This document shows, in pieces, positions 40,734-53,500 of a DNA stretch of 64,000 bases. The DNA lies in contig NC_135258.1 of the NCBI RefSeq assembly GCF_964204865.1, forward strand, positions 14,384,001-14,448,000. Reading direction: 5' to 3'. Both the position numbers and the translations under genes were made by a program. Every line of letters begins with the position of its first letter. The stretch's first letter is position 1. This DNA is from Styela clava (lineage: Eukaryota). The notes beneath the pieces are model-generated. The model was not told the origin of the DNA. It searched no databases and saw only the letters and a list, made by a program, of their open reading frames with translations.

Positions 40734-41029
40734 CAGGGTGGTCCAAGATTGGCAGCTCTGCGGGTCACAAAATTATTTTTGCAATGTTCGCGGGCCACAA
40801 TAGTACCAAGAACTTCGCTCGTTCGACTTTGCTAGTTGCCTCAGCAATCCATAACACTAGTCAATTCAGTGAAATTAGTGATGCAACAATATGTCAGAAG
40901 ATTTTTTGGTTAATATTATGACGAAACACGAAATGCGATTTTTTGATTCCTCTCCGAATGTGACGCGGGCCATAGATAATGAAGCGGCGGGCCACATGTG
41001 GCCCGCGGGTCTGGGTTCGGACCACCCTG
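40734..41029. mobile_element. hAT-family MITE
   Basis: TIRs CAGGGTGGTCC / GGACCACCCTG; TSD ATATATAC on both sides. Confidence 0.9.
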
Positions 41030-42794
41030 ATATATACCGTATTCAAAGATTAAGGAAATACTCTCTAATAATGGTATATTTCAAATCCCAAATTATCATT
41101 GATGTAAATAATTTGTATCGAACACTGTAATAAAAATATATTTTGATCAAAAAATTTATATTAAGAAGATTGGAACGGGACAACTGTTTTGTTGAAAATA
41201 TACATGATTCAAAACAGCAAATTGCAATGTTTCCATATCTTTTTGATTATTATTGATTTTTTTAATGACATGCAAGCATATTCGAAAATTATATAAAGTA
41301 TATCCCAAGAATGGAAAATAAATTTGTCACATCAAGATATTCTGCATCGTAGTTTGATTGAGATTAGCAGAAGCAATGATAAAACTACACTGATCATTTA
41401 CAATGAGCTCCGTAGTGTCAAAAGTCTGTTTTCAGATGAGAAAATAGAAAAATGTCAACAGAATTGAATAGAAAGTTGGGTACCGTACTTGGCTAGCGCT
41501 GTATGAAAAAAGTACTTCATTGTTCAATTGAATCACGTCTTTGCTCTTCCATGTAAAATTTGTTTTGCGAACAAACCCAAAAAACGACTTGTTATATAAA
41601 ATAGATAAAACACCAAATCCGAAACGTACATTTTGTGAGGTGCATGTCGAAACCATGTCACATATACAGAATTCTATTTCTAAGAATTTGTCCGACATTC
41701 TTGGGGAAATTTTCAATGCATGGCTCATTGTTAAATATGGGTTAAACCTTAACTTGATTCATCGAGAAATTGGAAAATCAATCAACCGTGTATTTATTAT
41801 GTGCTAGAATTCAGTGGTTCCCAGCCTTTTTTATATCGCGGCACACTATTGAGCACTTCAAATATTCCAGCACACATATCACAAAAATGAACATTTTTAC
41901 TCATAAAGACAGTTTGCTATAAAATAATAATAAACAAAGATCAGATAAAGGAAGTTTCATTCATGAAAATACAACATACCCTTCATTTAGTAACGGGTTT
42001 GGATTAATAATGGTGAGTGTCAGTAGGACTGTTATGCCCAGTGCTTCTTTACTACAGCTGCAATTTGTGGACGAACGTGAGGAGACATACTCCCAACTCT
42101 CTGAGACTCCTAACTCTCTTAACGCGATAGGGGTGGCGGTCGCCCCCAATAATTTCGTCTATATTTAAACGCATGTTATTCCCGCATTACAAAATTATCA
42201 TTTCTGTTATCACAAAATATGAATATAAAATGGAATGTTTACATGACTTTCGCTCCAGACAATTCTCTGCACAATCAGGTGTTAATTGGAAATTTGAAAG
42301 AGCTGCAATCTTTTCGGCTTGACATTGTCTACTCAATTTATTTACATCCTTGATGATGTGATGGGCATGGGATTTAAGTTGAGTCTGTAACGGGGTTATC
42401 AATGTCGCGAAGACACTAGCACCTAACGCGATGCTTCGAGCTGCAGGTAAAGACTGCACTTATTTTATTACACCCCCAGGGTAGAAAATCTCACAAAAGT
42501 GAATGTTACATTATCGCATTATACTGTTGACCAATGAGCATGTGCTCATTGTGTTGACGCTATACCACTACTGGGGAAATAAATGCAGGAATCAACTGAC
42601 GAGGTGCCGCTTCCTCATAATTGCGTTACCCAAAAATCAATGTGCCATTTTGGATTACTTTATGGAAAAACACACTCCACTGTGTATAATGTCTACAAAT
42701 ACGGTTGTAGCCTTTTCAGCAATTGTTAAGAATTTCGGCTTTGTAATAACGATGGAAGCAATATACCTCTGGAACGGCAAAAGCCATTAAATCC

Positions 42795-42975
42795 AGTTTT
42801 GCAGTAGCGACAGCTGCCGCCTATTATGACGCTGCCATATTACAAAGCTCGCTCGGCCTCCACTCATGTTGTGATGCGCTAAGCCTAGATGCGCCGCAAA
42901 TTTTAATTTCAATCTGTTTCCCGTGGCGAGTAGACATGAGTTTCTCGAGTTACCCCTGTGTGTTTCCCCAGGTAC
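42795..42975 (+). promoter_or_regulatory. CpG-rich promoter / first non-coding exon candidate of CTIF
   Basis: Local CpG enrichment, YY1-like CTGCCATATT, splice donor CCCAG|GTACT at about 42972, and an acceptor (ATTTCAG) at about 43968 just before the CTIF ATG. Confidence 0.45.
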
Positions 42976-44035
42976 TAAGCAGCTAATTTACGATGTTACG
43001 GTACATACCAACATAATGAGTAAATTCAGAGATTGTAATACGGTAAACGCATTTTGTTCCCAGTTTTGTGTTTAATAATTAACAGGAGCTTAGCTGCAAT
43101 GTTATAGTGGTACAGTGTAACATTCGGATATTAGCGTTTATACTGCTGACATAGAAAAAAAATAAGACGACGTCGTTGTCTTCATTGTCAGATCATTGTT
43201 TCAGTGTATCATAACGGGGTACTGTGGTGCCAACCGCAACAACGGATCAGTGTGTAAATGCGCGCAAAGTGATACGTTACCCTTTGTAATTAGAATCAAA
43301 ATGACAGAACAAAATGTTTTTATTTTGTAATTATTTTTATTGTCTGTTTACTGGTTTATATGACACGTTGAGTAGCAGAATATGTTGAACCTTTTGTACA
43401 TTCTGACATTGCTGCATTCTAATTTCAGCTGCTGAATTATCCTTATTGCAAAGTCCCTGTCTAGACTTAGTGATTTGTTAAACTAATATAGAAGTTTTGC
43501 TTACTTTCCAGTAGTCACTATCCCATATTTTTGTGTGCTGTGCAACAGTGATATAAAATAAGAGTATCTCAATGTCTAACTTAGGCTTTGTAGCATGTGT
43601 ATTTAAATATTATAAATTTGTTGGGAATGTTATACAATAAAACTTGTTTTTAATGGTTAATGAATAGAATCCATAAAAATCCCCATTCAAACTAAAAATC
43701 TATAAGATTTGGTATCGAACATAAAAGTTTATTTTTATAAAATTATGGATGATGTTATATACAATTATGAGGGCGCTGAAATTTTTTTATTATTGTTTTC
43801 ATAGTTTGCTTATTTTAAATATCTCTTTGCAATTGGCTGATTGTATAGGCCTACTGTATTTCTAAGTTATACCACACCGCTATTCTTCATTTATTCATTC
43901 TTTTATTTAAAGCTTTGGCTCAACTAGACCATGGTTTTCAATGATAAACAAATCTTATTCCAATTTCAGTAGCCAAAAGCATTGATGAATTACATTGGAA
44001 ATTTTTTATTATTGAGTGTTCAATAGCACAGAAAC

Positions 44036-45763
44036 ATGGAAGATGACATATTATCATCAGAAATTGCGGATCTTGAAAGTTTTATCGACAGCTATGTTGG
44101 GGATGTAAATGTTGATCCGATACCATCAGAAGTGTTCACCAATACAAACGCTAAACATGAGGATTTGAAAGATCTCTCCGGTTTAAAACGTACTACTAGT
44201 CAACAAAGTGAAGAATATTCGGATTTTCAGGAAGAACTTTTGCATCATCAAAACAAGCCAGAAAATCTTCGAAATGGAAATTTAGATGAACAGTTTGCAA
44301 TATTTGAAAACTTGGATTTGCATGGCAATGCTATTCCATCTTATTATAATTCTAACAATCAAAACTGGAATCAACATCATTCTGGAAACGGGTTTCCAGA
44401 TTTCAGACAGAATTTTCAAGGATATCATGGACCTACCCCTCGAGACCTCCAGCAACATTCTGGTCTACCTGGTCCCACTTTTCCATCCTTGATGTCTCTA
44501 AATCCGAATTATTACACACATATGTCAAATGATCCAAATTTTTACACGCAGATGCCAAATAATTATAACACCCAACAAAATCGGCGAGATCAACATCCTC
44601 TTTCACCGAAATCACCGCAGGGTAACTATAAATCACCCAAATCTGGCAACATGAAGTACACACCACCAAAAAGACAAAATTCAGATAATAGTATATCTGA
44701 TACAGGAAGCTTTGATGGCAGCTATAAATCTAATGAATCAAAGAACAAAGATAAACACAAGGGACGCAGAGATAAATTAGGTTCAGACAGTGATGACTGG
44801 AGGAGGCCTTACGAGACATTGCAAAATGGCTCAAAAAATACTCACCCAATGAAAGCACAATCTAATAAAGAAAAATCAAAAGTAGAACGCACTCAGTCTG
44901 ATAAAGGTTCTCGTACTAATGAACCAAGAAGAAAGTACACTCCTCCTAAGAACACTGGAGATAAACCATTTCATAGTCGCCAAAGTTCTAATTGTAGTTC
45001 TAACGACGGTGGTAATGTATCTCATTCAAAATCTGTCTCTGGAAGAAGTAAGGCTGAAGTTAGGTCATGGCTTAAAAGTGATAGAGATCCAATCGAAAAG
45101 AAAATAAAAAATTTGGAAATATCTCAATCTAAAGATCTTCCAAAGTTAATCAATACAGCTCAAAAATACATAACATCGGAAAGAAAAATGCGAGAAGTAG
45201 CGGAGATGGTATGTAACAAAGCTATGAGAAATCCACTATTTACAGAAAATGGTGCAAAATTATGTGATGAAATGTCAAGACATATGATAAACGGTATGAA
45301 CTTCCGAACTATTGTTTTGAACATTGTCCAGGGACATTTTAAAAATCGTCATTGCTTGATGATGACATCAATAAAGAACCCAAGGGATCACATATGGATT
45401 GGATTTACCACTTTTCTTATTGCTCTTTATCTTAATTTACGAACCTCATCAAATGAACGAATAAAAGCATTGATCAATCCAATTTTTGATTGCTTGTTTC
45501 AGATGTTAAATGAAAGTAATGTAACTCCTGCTATTATAAGATGCTTTCGTGTTAGTTTGCAAAAAATAGGTGCTATATTGGCAGAAAAAAATAGTAAAAA
45601 AATGTCCGAATTAATTTGCATTCTTCGAGATAAATGCGTCCTTCCCAATAAATTATCTATAGAAGCAAGGCGTGATTTGTTACACGCATTAGAAATTTAC
45701 GCCAGAGGTTGGAAACCTCACGCCCTCGATAATGAAGTGTTCTACAATGAAGATATGCAGTAG
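44036..45763 (+). CDS. CTIF: CBP80/20-dependent translation initiation factor (C-terminal MIF4G domain), single coding exon
   Basis: N-terminal SEIADLESFIDSYV matches the vertebrate CTIF N-terminal motif (EIEELERFIDSYV). Disordered middle, then a helical MIF4G region (KAMRNPLFTENGAKLC..NFRTIVLN..WIGFTTFL..LLHALEIYARGW). Confidence 0.85.
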   Translation: MEDDILSSEIADLESFIDSYVGDVNVDPIPSEVFTNTNAKHEDLKDLSGLKRTTSQQSEEYSDFQEELLHHQNKPENLRNGNLDEQFAIFENLDLHGNAIPSYYNSNNQNWNQHHSGNGFPDFRQNFQGYHGPTPRDLQQHSGLPGPTFPSLMSLNPNYYTHMSNDPNFYTQMPNNYNTQQNRRDQHPLSPKSPQGNYKSPKSGNMKYTPPKRQNSDNSISDTGSFDGSYKSNESKNKDKHKGRRDKLGSDSDDWRRPYETLQNGSKNTHPMKAQSNKEKSKVERTQSDKGSRTNEPRRKYTPPKNTGDKPFHSRQSSNCSSNDGGNVSHSKSVSGRSKAEVRSWLKSDRDPIEKKIKNLEISQSKDLPKLINTAQKYITSERKMREVAEMVCNKAMRNPLFTENGAKLCDEMSRHMINGMNFRTIVLNIVQGHFKNRHCLMMTSIKNPRDHIWIGFTTFLIALYLNLRTSSNERIKALINPIFDCLFQMLNESNVTPAIIRCFRVSLQKIGAILAEKNSKKMSELICILRDKCVLPNKLSIEARRDLLHALEIYARGWKPHALDNEVFYNEDMQ

Positions 45764-46365
45764 CTTGCCAATTACTTAATTAGTATCAAATTATTTACAT
45801 TTAAACAGTTGCTTATAATTATATAATAATAAAGTACAATTATTACTAATATAAAATTTTTCTATTTATTCACAATGGTGCGCTTGCTTTGTGTTTAATT
45901 TTATTCTTTGTTTTTCATATTATAGATAGTACATATATTGCTTATGCTACGTTGTGTGTCTTTACTTTTTATGCATCTTGGTATTTTACTTTTTTTTAAT
46001 TCCGTGAATAGGAATTAGTAAAATTCTGATTGAGTTCATTTGGGGAATTCAAATACTCTCGACTTGTGTTCTATATTGAGTGAGATCAATTTATTACAAA
46101 TAGTTATTAAAATGAATTGTTCTGTCATTTTCAATGAAAGTCAACTAACAATCATTCGTAATATTTTTTATTTTTGTGACAACTCATTGTCCTCGGTATT
46201 TTTCCATTAATTCATCACTCCATGTCCCAGATACAAAAGTGTAGACAATCATCTATACATGAATAATGTCGATGTTCTGCTATATGAGTATGACAATGAA
46301 ATAAATATATATTTTGCATGTTTCTAACAGTATTATAATATAGTATATATTTCTTATTTGCCACT

Positions 46366-48154
46366 ATGTCTTCCTTCAATTTCTGCAAAGACCAGCCACC
46401 AGATGAGATTATTTCAATGTTGCAAAAGACCAACAAGTTAAATGAAGAGGTGGGTGTAGATTTCGTTTTGTGGAATTGTTTCCAAACACATTCAATATTT
46501 ATCGTACATAATTGTTTGTTATATTATTTTGGAAATAAAAGTTTGTTTTGACCATTGTGGGCATGAGGGCCTTTGGGTTAAAGCGTTAAGACTTAATTTT
46601 GATGACATCGCAGGTATAGTTCTTTGAAAAGATTTTTACATCTTTATATATAAGGGGATGCAAAAAAAACTACGAGTATGAAAATTAGAATTTTGACAGT
46701 TTTGGGCCCGGATTGATCAATGAATACGGTGATAGCAAAAAAGGAAAACTAGACTTTAGACTTAGAGTGATAATTTTGTTAGTTGTGCTTTTTATTCAAC
46801 AGCAATATGGAAAATTGCAAGATATTACTTTTTCGTTTCTTACCAACTCAATCTCCGCAGAAGCATTTGACAGAGAACTGAATAATTACGCTGATTCATA
46901 CGGGATCAAAGCCACTCCATTGAAAAATATGGCAAAGATTTTGATTATTGTTGCAAATGGTATGTTTTTGCTACTCATTCTTTATTTTCAGTTTGGTAAT
47001 ATTTTGTGTTGGAAGTTGATTGTAATGTTGTAAAATTGTAATTCTAAGGCATAGCTTAATTTCAGACATACAAAAATTGTTAAACAAATTATATAAATGT
47101 ATTATAAGAATTTCTAATATTCAAACTACAAATTTATAAACCAAAATTCACCATTTGATAATGGAACAATGTAATAATTAGTGTTCATTTCCCCGATTTA
47201 ATCAATTAATATTTGTAAATCAAGGTTATAAAAGTTATGGGATGTAGTATTAGAAGCCACTTAGACTCTAATCCTTTTCATTTCAGCGATGATAAAGAAA
47301 AACTTGAGCGTGGTTCAAGTCGAGTCTGATCTGAAACAAATGAACATGAACGATTCCCATATAAATACATTTTGTGCGAAATGGAAGACAGACATTGCCA
47401 AAATGCGATTTTCTCTTTTAATGGGATCAACCAGAGGGAGGAAAATGACTGGCTTGGATTGGAAGTTCGGAGTGACTGCATCCAGTAGTGAAAATAAGAA
47501 AGTTGGAACATGTTTCATTCAGGTAATCTGAGATATCTATTAACGAAAGCATTCCCAAGGGGGAGCGTCGATGGTATAACTACTTAATGACATACCAATG
47601 AAGCACTGGAATATGTCATGTGATACGACCAATAAATTAGTCCTTACTGATACTTATAATAATGAGTGCCCTTTGGACTGTATTTCACTGCTCAAATTGT
47701 ATTTAAAATGCTTTTGAGAATTTGGAATAACCACACAAAAAAAACAAAGTAACTAAAGCATGTTCTTCCTGTTTATTAAACAAGTCCTAACTTGGGTCTC
47801 GGCACCAGTCCAGTTCAATATTTTTTGTCCGGTTATGACAGTGCACATTGGTACTACTTTCAATACTTTGAATTTACTATCGGTAATTAAATTTTTAATT
47901 GCTTGGTGGGAATTTAGAATTCAGCAAGTAGATTTGACCTTATACTGTACTTAAAACCCGGGTTTGCGGTTTCGAGAGAGGTTCGGACACACTAATTCAA
48001 TGAGTAATATTGAGTTTCATTTTAGATGAAGTTCACGCTAGAAGGGGAGGATCGCAAGATTGAAGACATAGAAGTTGAACTATCGCTGCCTCAATTTTAT
48101 GACTTCATGCATGAAATAGAAAAGGCTAAAATAAGTCTCGAATCCTTGGGATGA
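46366..48154 (+). CDS. COMMD7: COMM domain-containing protein 7 (about 201 aa, 4 exons)
   Basis: Exons 46366-46449, 46803-46959, 47287-47522, 48026-48154. COMM domain LDWKFGVTASSSENKKVGTCFIQMKF..VELSLPQFYDFMHEIEKAK. Confidence 0.9.
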
Positions 48155-49554
48155 TTTTTAACCTTAAAGCTGGGTAGACCGGGAACATTTGAACAGTGTT
48201 ATATTGAGAATCACAGCCTGCTATAATTGATCTCATTGATGTACATGATTATTCATCAACGTGTTATTTAATCTTAAAGCCATGGATGTTTGCCCAAGGA
48301 TTACCTTCGTTTTCTTTCGTAACATTAGCTAATCAGCAATAGATTTTATAGTTCTTTCTGAAGATATTTCAGATATAAATCCCATAGCTTTTTTGTCCAT
48401 GGTTATGAACATGGAAGCCAGTCTCAAAGCCCTCTCGCAACAAGCATCAGAAATTCACAATGATGAGGTATATAGGATTGGTTTTCAAACTTTCTAAGCC
48501 GCGTCCCCTTTTTAGAATTTGTCAAGACTCGCGTCCCACCTCAATGATAACTAGCTGACATAAAGCTACAAATAACGGATGGTAAGCTGAAAGTATGTTC
48601 TAGTCGAAACACATGTTGAAAATACATGGATGGAACGTAAATATATTAAAAGTAAATATCCAAAATAAGGTGAGCAAGCTCAAATATAACCAATATTTTT
48701 AAGCTTCACGCCCTCAGTTTGGGTAAACGTCCATCATCGGATGCTTTATTAATGAGGCTGCAAATGATAATAAGTGTGTGTATCCATTCACATACTAACT
48801 GACCTGGTAAAGGACGATTAGGCCACTCAACAAACTGTTCCTGGTCGATAGAATCCCATCAAGTGCAATATTTTTGAATATCCTTTTTATTTCTCTAATA
48901 ATATGACAATGAAAGTGAATAAAATTTACAGTAATGCAGCACCTTACACCAAAATCTGTGACAAGGTCTATTTTAAAAATAAACTTTACGAATACTGTAC
49001 AAAAATGTATCTCTTATGTTTATAATAGAACATGCAGGATTTTGAGTGCATGTTAAGGATGGATGTTTCCATTGCTTTATAATAAATCTCCTAGAAGCGG
49101 TAAAAACAACCAAAAGGCTTCAGAAAACTATTTGTGATGCAGAGACTGCCAATACCAGTTATTTATCAAGGATCAACCTATGACAGACTTAGGAGGAGTT
49201 CGTTATATCTGGGACAGTGGTTCATCATCTCAGAGTTGAAAATTTCAAATTTTTGTCAGCTCTGAAGATACCAAATCCACGGAAAGAGACCCATTTGAAA
49301 AGATGTCATACATTAAAAAGTAAATACATATATCAGCTCTCCAAACTAACACATGGATAGAGCTTTGAAAGTAAATACCATTTATAAAAACAGTCAAAAG
49401 ACCAGACCACAAGAAGGTGGAACAGAACCCATAAATTTCTTAATAACCTCTACAAATCTGAAGAAGATTTATTTAACACTTGAACTTCTGTTTGTGCACC
49501 TAAAAGTTTCAGTAATCTAGAAGGCTTTGCACGAAAGATATGCTCTCTCTAGCT

Positions 49555-49892
49555 CAGTGGTTCCCAACCATTTTGCCTCGATGAACAGGTAACATCGAAT
49601 AAGATGACTTTGCGGACTGCCTGTTTTGCTGTTGAGTTGTTTTTGACTGCATGAAACAATTCCAAATTATAAAATAGGGCACTGGAATACCAAATTTTTG
49701 GCTTGCAATCGGCTCACAGATTAAAATGTTATACTGTTTTCTTTTTTGCGGAACAAAAGCATCGTCAAAAATGAAGACACTTAAAACATTCAATATGATG
49801 ATGAAAGAAATATCACTAAATAAGGCAACGCAACTTCCTCTTCTCGATGGTTACGCTGGCATTAAAACAACAAAAGTTCTTGGGAACCACCG
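49555..49892. mobile_element. hAT-family MITE inserted in a degraded Tc1-type MITE
   Basis: TIRs CAGTGGTTCCCAA / TTGGGAACCACCG; near-TSD CTCTAGCT/CTCTAGGA. Flanks resemble the AACAGAACCCATAAATT family. Confidence 0.75.
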
Positions 49893-50556
49893 CTCTAGGA
49901 TATGTTCCGAATGACACCCTTAGTTAACAGACGGACCTCACTGTAGTGGAACTTAACTATGTTGTACACCTTTTCATCTGGGCAGGATTTGCGAGGATAG
50001 TGCTGAGATTTAAACCATTGTCTTTCCCATATCTCTATCCATGCACTACTGTTTGACATTGACTAAATATGAACCATATTTGATTGACAGCCGAAGGCAA
50101 GTTTTATGGAACTAGCTAGCTTCCTGAAGCTATTTTAACAATGTAAAATTCATTTTAAAAGCGCACAATAAAAAAGGGTGGGCTAGAACGAACAGATTCA
50201 AAAAAATAAAAGTACTACTGTTCTGAAGTGCAAAACTACAAAAGAAAACAGTAGGTCATCTGGGGGTTGTTTTATAAAAATGAAATCATGTGTGCCCCCT
50301 GCTGGCTAAAAACAATCCCAAAGGTGGTTAGCCGCTACAGAGGGGAATGTAAAAATAGGAAAACGTAGTGAACGACACAGTTCTGCATGGCAGTCGGTAA
50401 AACCCCCAATCCGGCTTTTATCGCTGGCTCCCATTCCACCGAAAATAAAATCAAGGCTTCAAAATGAAGAGCGTCAAAGTCCAGACAGGGCAGATAATGG
50501 CAGCAAGAAGCAAAATTGCTGAACTGAGAGGAGTAAAACAGATAAATTTAACGTTA

Positions 50557-53500
50557 CTATGATTTAATATAGGTCGGATCGCCATGTAGACCTTTCAGCC
50601 TTAAGTGCCATGCGATACTTGTCGTTGAAGCCACTGTACGGAACTGGTGTATGACATTACGAGGTATAAAGTATACGTCGTTGTCATACAGTTGAATATG
50701 TGCGTATCTTACTCCTTCCCTTCTCATTTGATTCAGTTTTGCTTCATCAACCCATTTCACACACTAGAAATAGAAGATTAATTAAAATTAACATGTAGTT
50801 TTACACACCAAAATTCAGAGTCTAAGATACCTCAATGAGAACACATTGGGTATGACAAGGATATACGCAGTGATGGCAATGGAAATAAAAATTTTAAGAT
50901 TCAGTTTTTTTTTTTATCAAATTCACTAACAAGAGCTTCCCTCATTTTAAAACATGTATAAATATAATCGCCTGCTGAGGTCCATTTTTAGTCACCTGTG
51001 ATCATCTAACGTTTACAATAAAAAAACAAGACAACTTTGGTGATTATCACAGCATTCCTTAATTCCAAGAACAGGTTAGTATGAACCAGTCGAATCCCGC
51101 CACTGTTCATGAGGTTCGTTTTAATTAACATTTGCTTCTTATGACTGTGAAAACTTCAGGAATAGCATGATTTTTGCCTCGAAGAAAAAAAATTTAATTT
51201 TGAAACACCATGAATTGTAAATTTCATAACAACACTGGAAACTATAAATAGTATACATTTGGATAACATAGCTTGCATAACAGTAACTAATAGGCGATTA
51301 TATATCAATTTAGTTATTCAATGAAAATGCATATAATTATGTTTATGTAATAACAAAAAAATAGTCAGAATAACAATTTTCCAACTATTGGTAAAGGGTT
51401 CTAATCCTATAATCTCTGACCTTACAGAGGCTTGCATAGAGCAAAACCAATTGATATGTCACGTCAATGTCTGAGATTTTGTTTCCCTGGCTATAAGATG
51501 AACCATCAATATCAGCGCCAAATCAGAAAACTTATCTTTATTTATGTAATCTATCTTTAATGAGCATTTCACATGACCCATCTTGCCAGAAATTTTAAGC
51601 AACGCATTACTACGGGCCAAAATACTGATGTCTTCGGTGCAATCTACAGAAGAATATTTGACACAAATGGACCTATGAATTGTTTTTGCTAAATTCTTGT
51701 TATTGTTGGGATGTGGGCTATCTTTATTCTAACTCATGAACCAATTGATTTTACTTTTTGGAAAGTTAAAGATGAATTCTTAAAGAATTTCCCTCAATCC
51801 CATGGCTATAAAAAATGGCAGTATACCCAAAAATTTGTTATTTTGTTATAATTAACAAAAAATACTTTTTCATTAGATTATGCATGACGGCTGATACCGA
51901 TTTTCTGGCTATCTTTTCAGCAAACCCCGTCTAAGGTCTTACGGTACCAGTAAGAATACACGACTCTAAGTCATATTAAACAACATATTTTATGTGAGAA
52001 CAAGTCAAGAAGTTATTGTTTATAGCATAGGTTCCCAAAGTGTTTCCATGGCTCCGTGAGAGAAAAATATGGGGCTTTCGCAAGCTATTCGTTTATTTAT
52101 TTATTAAAATACTGAACATGTTTTAAATATAGAGCAGCAAATACATCAGAGTCATTAAATAAAGTAATTTTGGTTTACTCAGAGACCATAATCGGTAAAT
52201 AAAATTTTTTTTTTATACATTTATTGTGGGGTTCTGTAAATAATAGACAAACTTTCCACAGGCTACGGAACACCAAAAGTTTGAGAAGACCTGGTTTAAA
52301 AGAATCCAAATTTCACAAAAATTATCAAGTTTCTTCAACTCAAATCCTTACCTGTGACATAGGAGGTTCAAATAAATCAATTTGAAGAATACCGGTGACT
52401 TGATTGAATGACGATGGGTGAAAACAATAAACATCTTTAACCACACGATTAATTCTCGATCTGCAATTAAAATTGAAAAATTATTGGACATTCTCCATTA
52501 TGAATTCATCAACAATGTTTTGATTGAATTTTTTTTTTCCAGTGTCAGAACTAGAAGTTAACAGAAATCAATTCCTTGCCTCGCACTTGATGTCAACTAG
52601 TTAAAATGAATATATTTATAAGTTTCTGTAATCAATAATTTACTATACCAAATATAATCAATTTCACAAGTATATAAATATTCAATTTGTTTTGGATGTC
52701 CATAAGAGCTATTCGAAAGGTATTTATGACAAAATAAGATTAAGAATTAAGGGTGCTCCCGTAGTATGGGTACCGGGTTAGGGCATAATTATATTCCGAT
52801 TTTCGGAATATTACACAACTTGATGTAAAGTAGGCGAACAAAATTAGTTACCTCCATATTGGTACATACACTTCTGGAGTGCCAAATTAAGATATCAAAT
52901 TATTAATCAGAAAGAATCAAAACTGTTGGTTATACCAGTACTACAATGCTACAAATAATTTTTCATACGACGCCTATCCATGCCATTCTCTCCAAACAAG
53001 GCCCTGTACCAGCAGTCATTGGTATTTAAGAATCTACGATTTTTAAAAGGACCAAAATCTTCGCAGTTCGGCATTGCCTACATAATCTATTACACATCAC
53101 AGGATTTGAACCTGAGAAGTGTAACCTGTGATGCCAAAACAATTAAGTCTAGTTTAACTCTTTAACAACTAGGCCATCGCGCTATTACTTATGAATTTTC
53201 AAATTATTGAAGAGATGAATTCTGTTTAACGTAATTAAAATTCAATACTACAAATAAATAATAATAAAAATCAAAACTTACTTTTGTCCAGCTGTAACAG
53301 CTTTTAATGCCCCAACTGCCCATGTAGTTTGTCGATCAACGACATTTCCAACATGGTCAGCATGAGCTTTCGTTCTATCTTCCACAAGAACCTCTCTCGT
53401 TTCCGTTGCCCTTGAATTGTACTGGAAAGATAGTCGTCGTAATTCTCCTGGCTGATTTGATCTAAAAAAATAAATTTTACATAATTTTCCAACAGTACTG

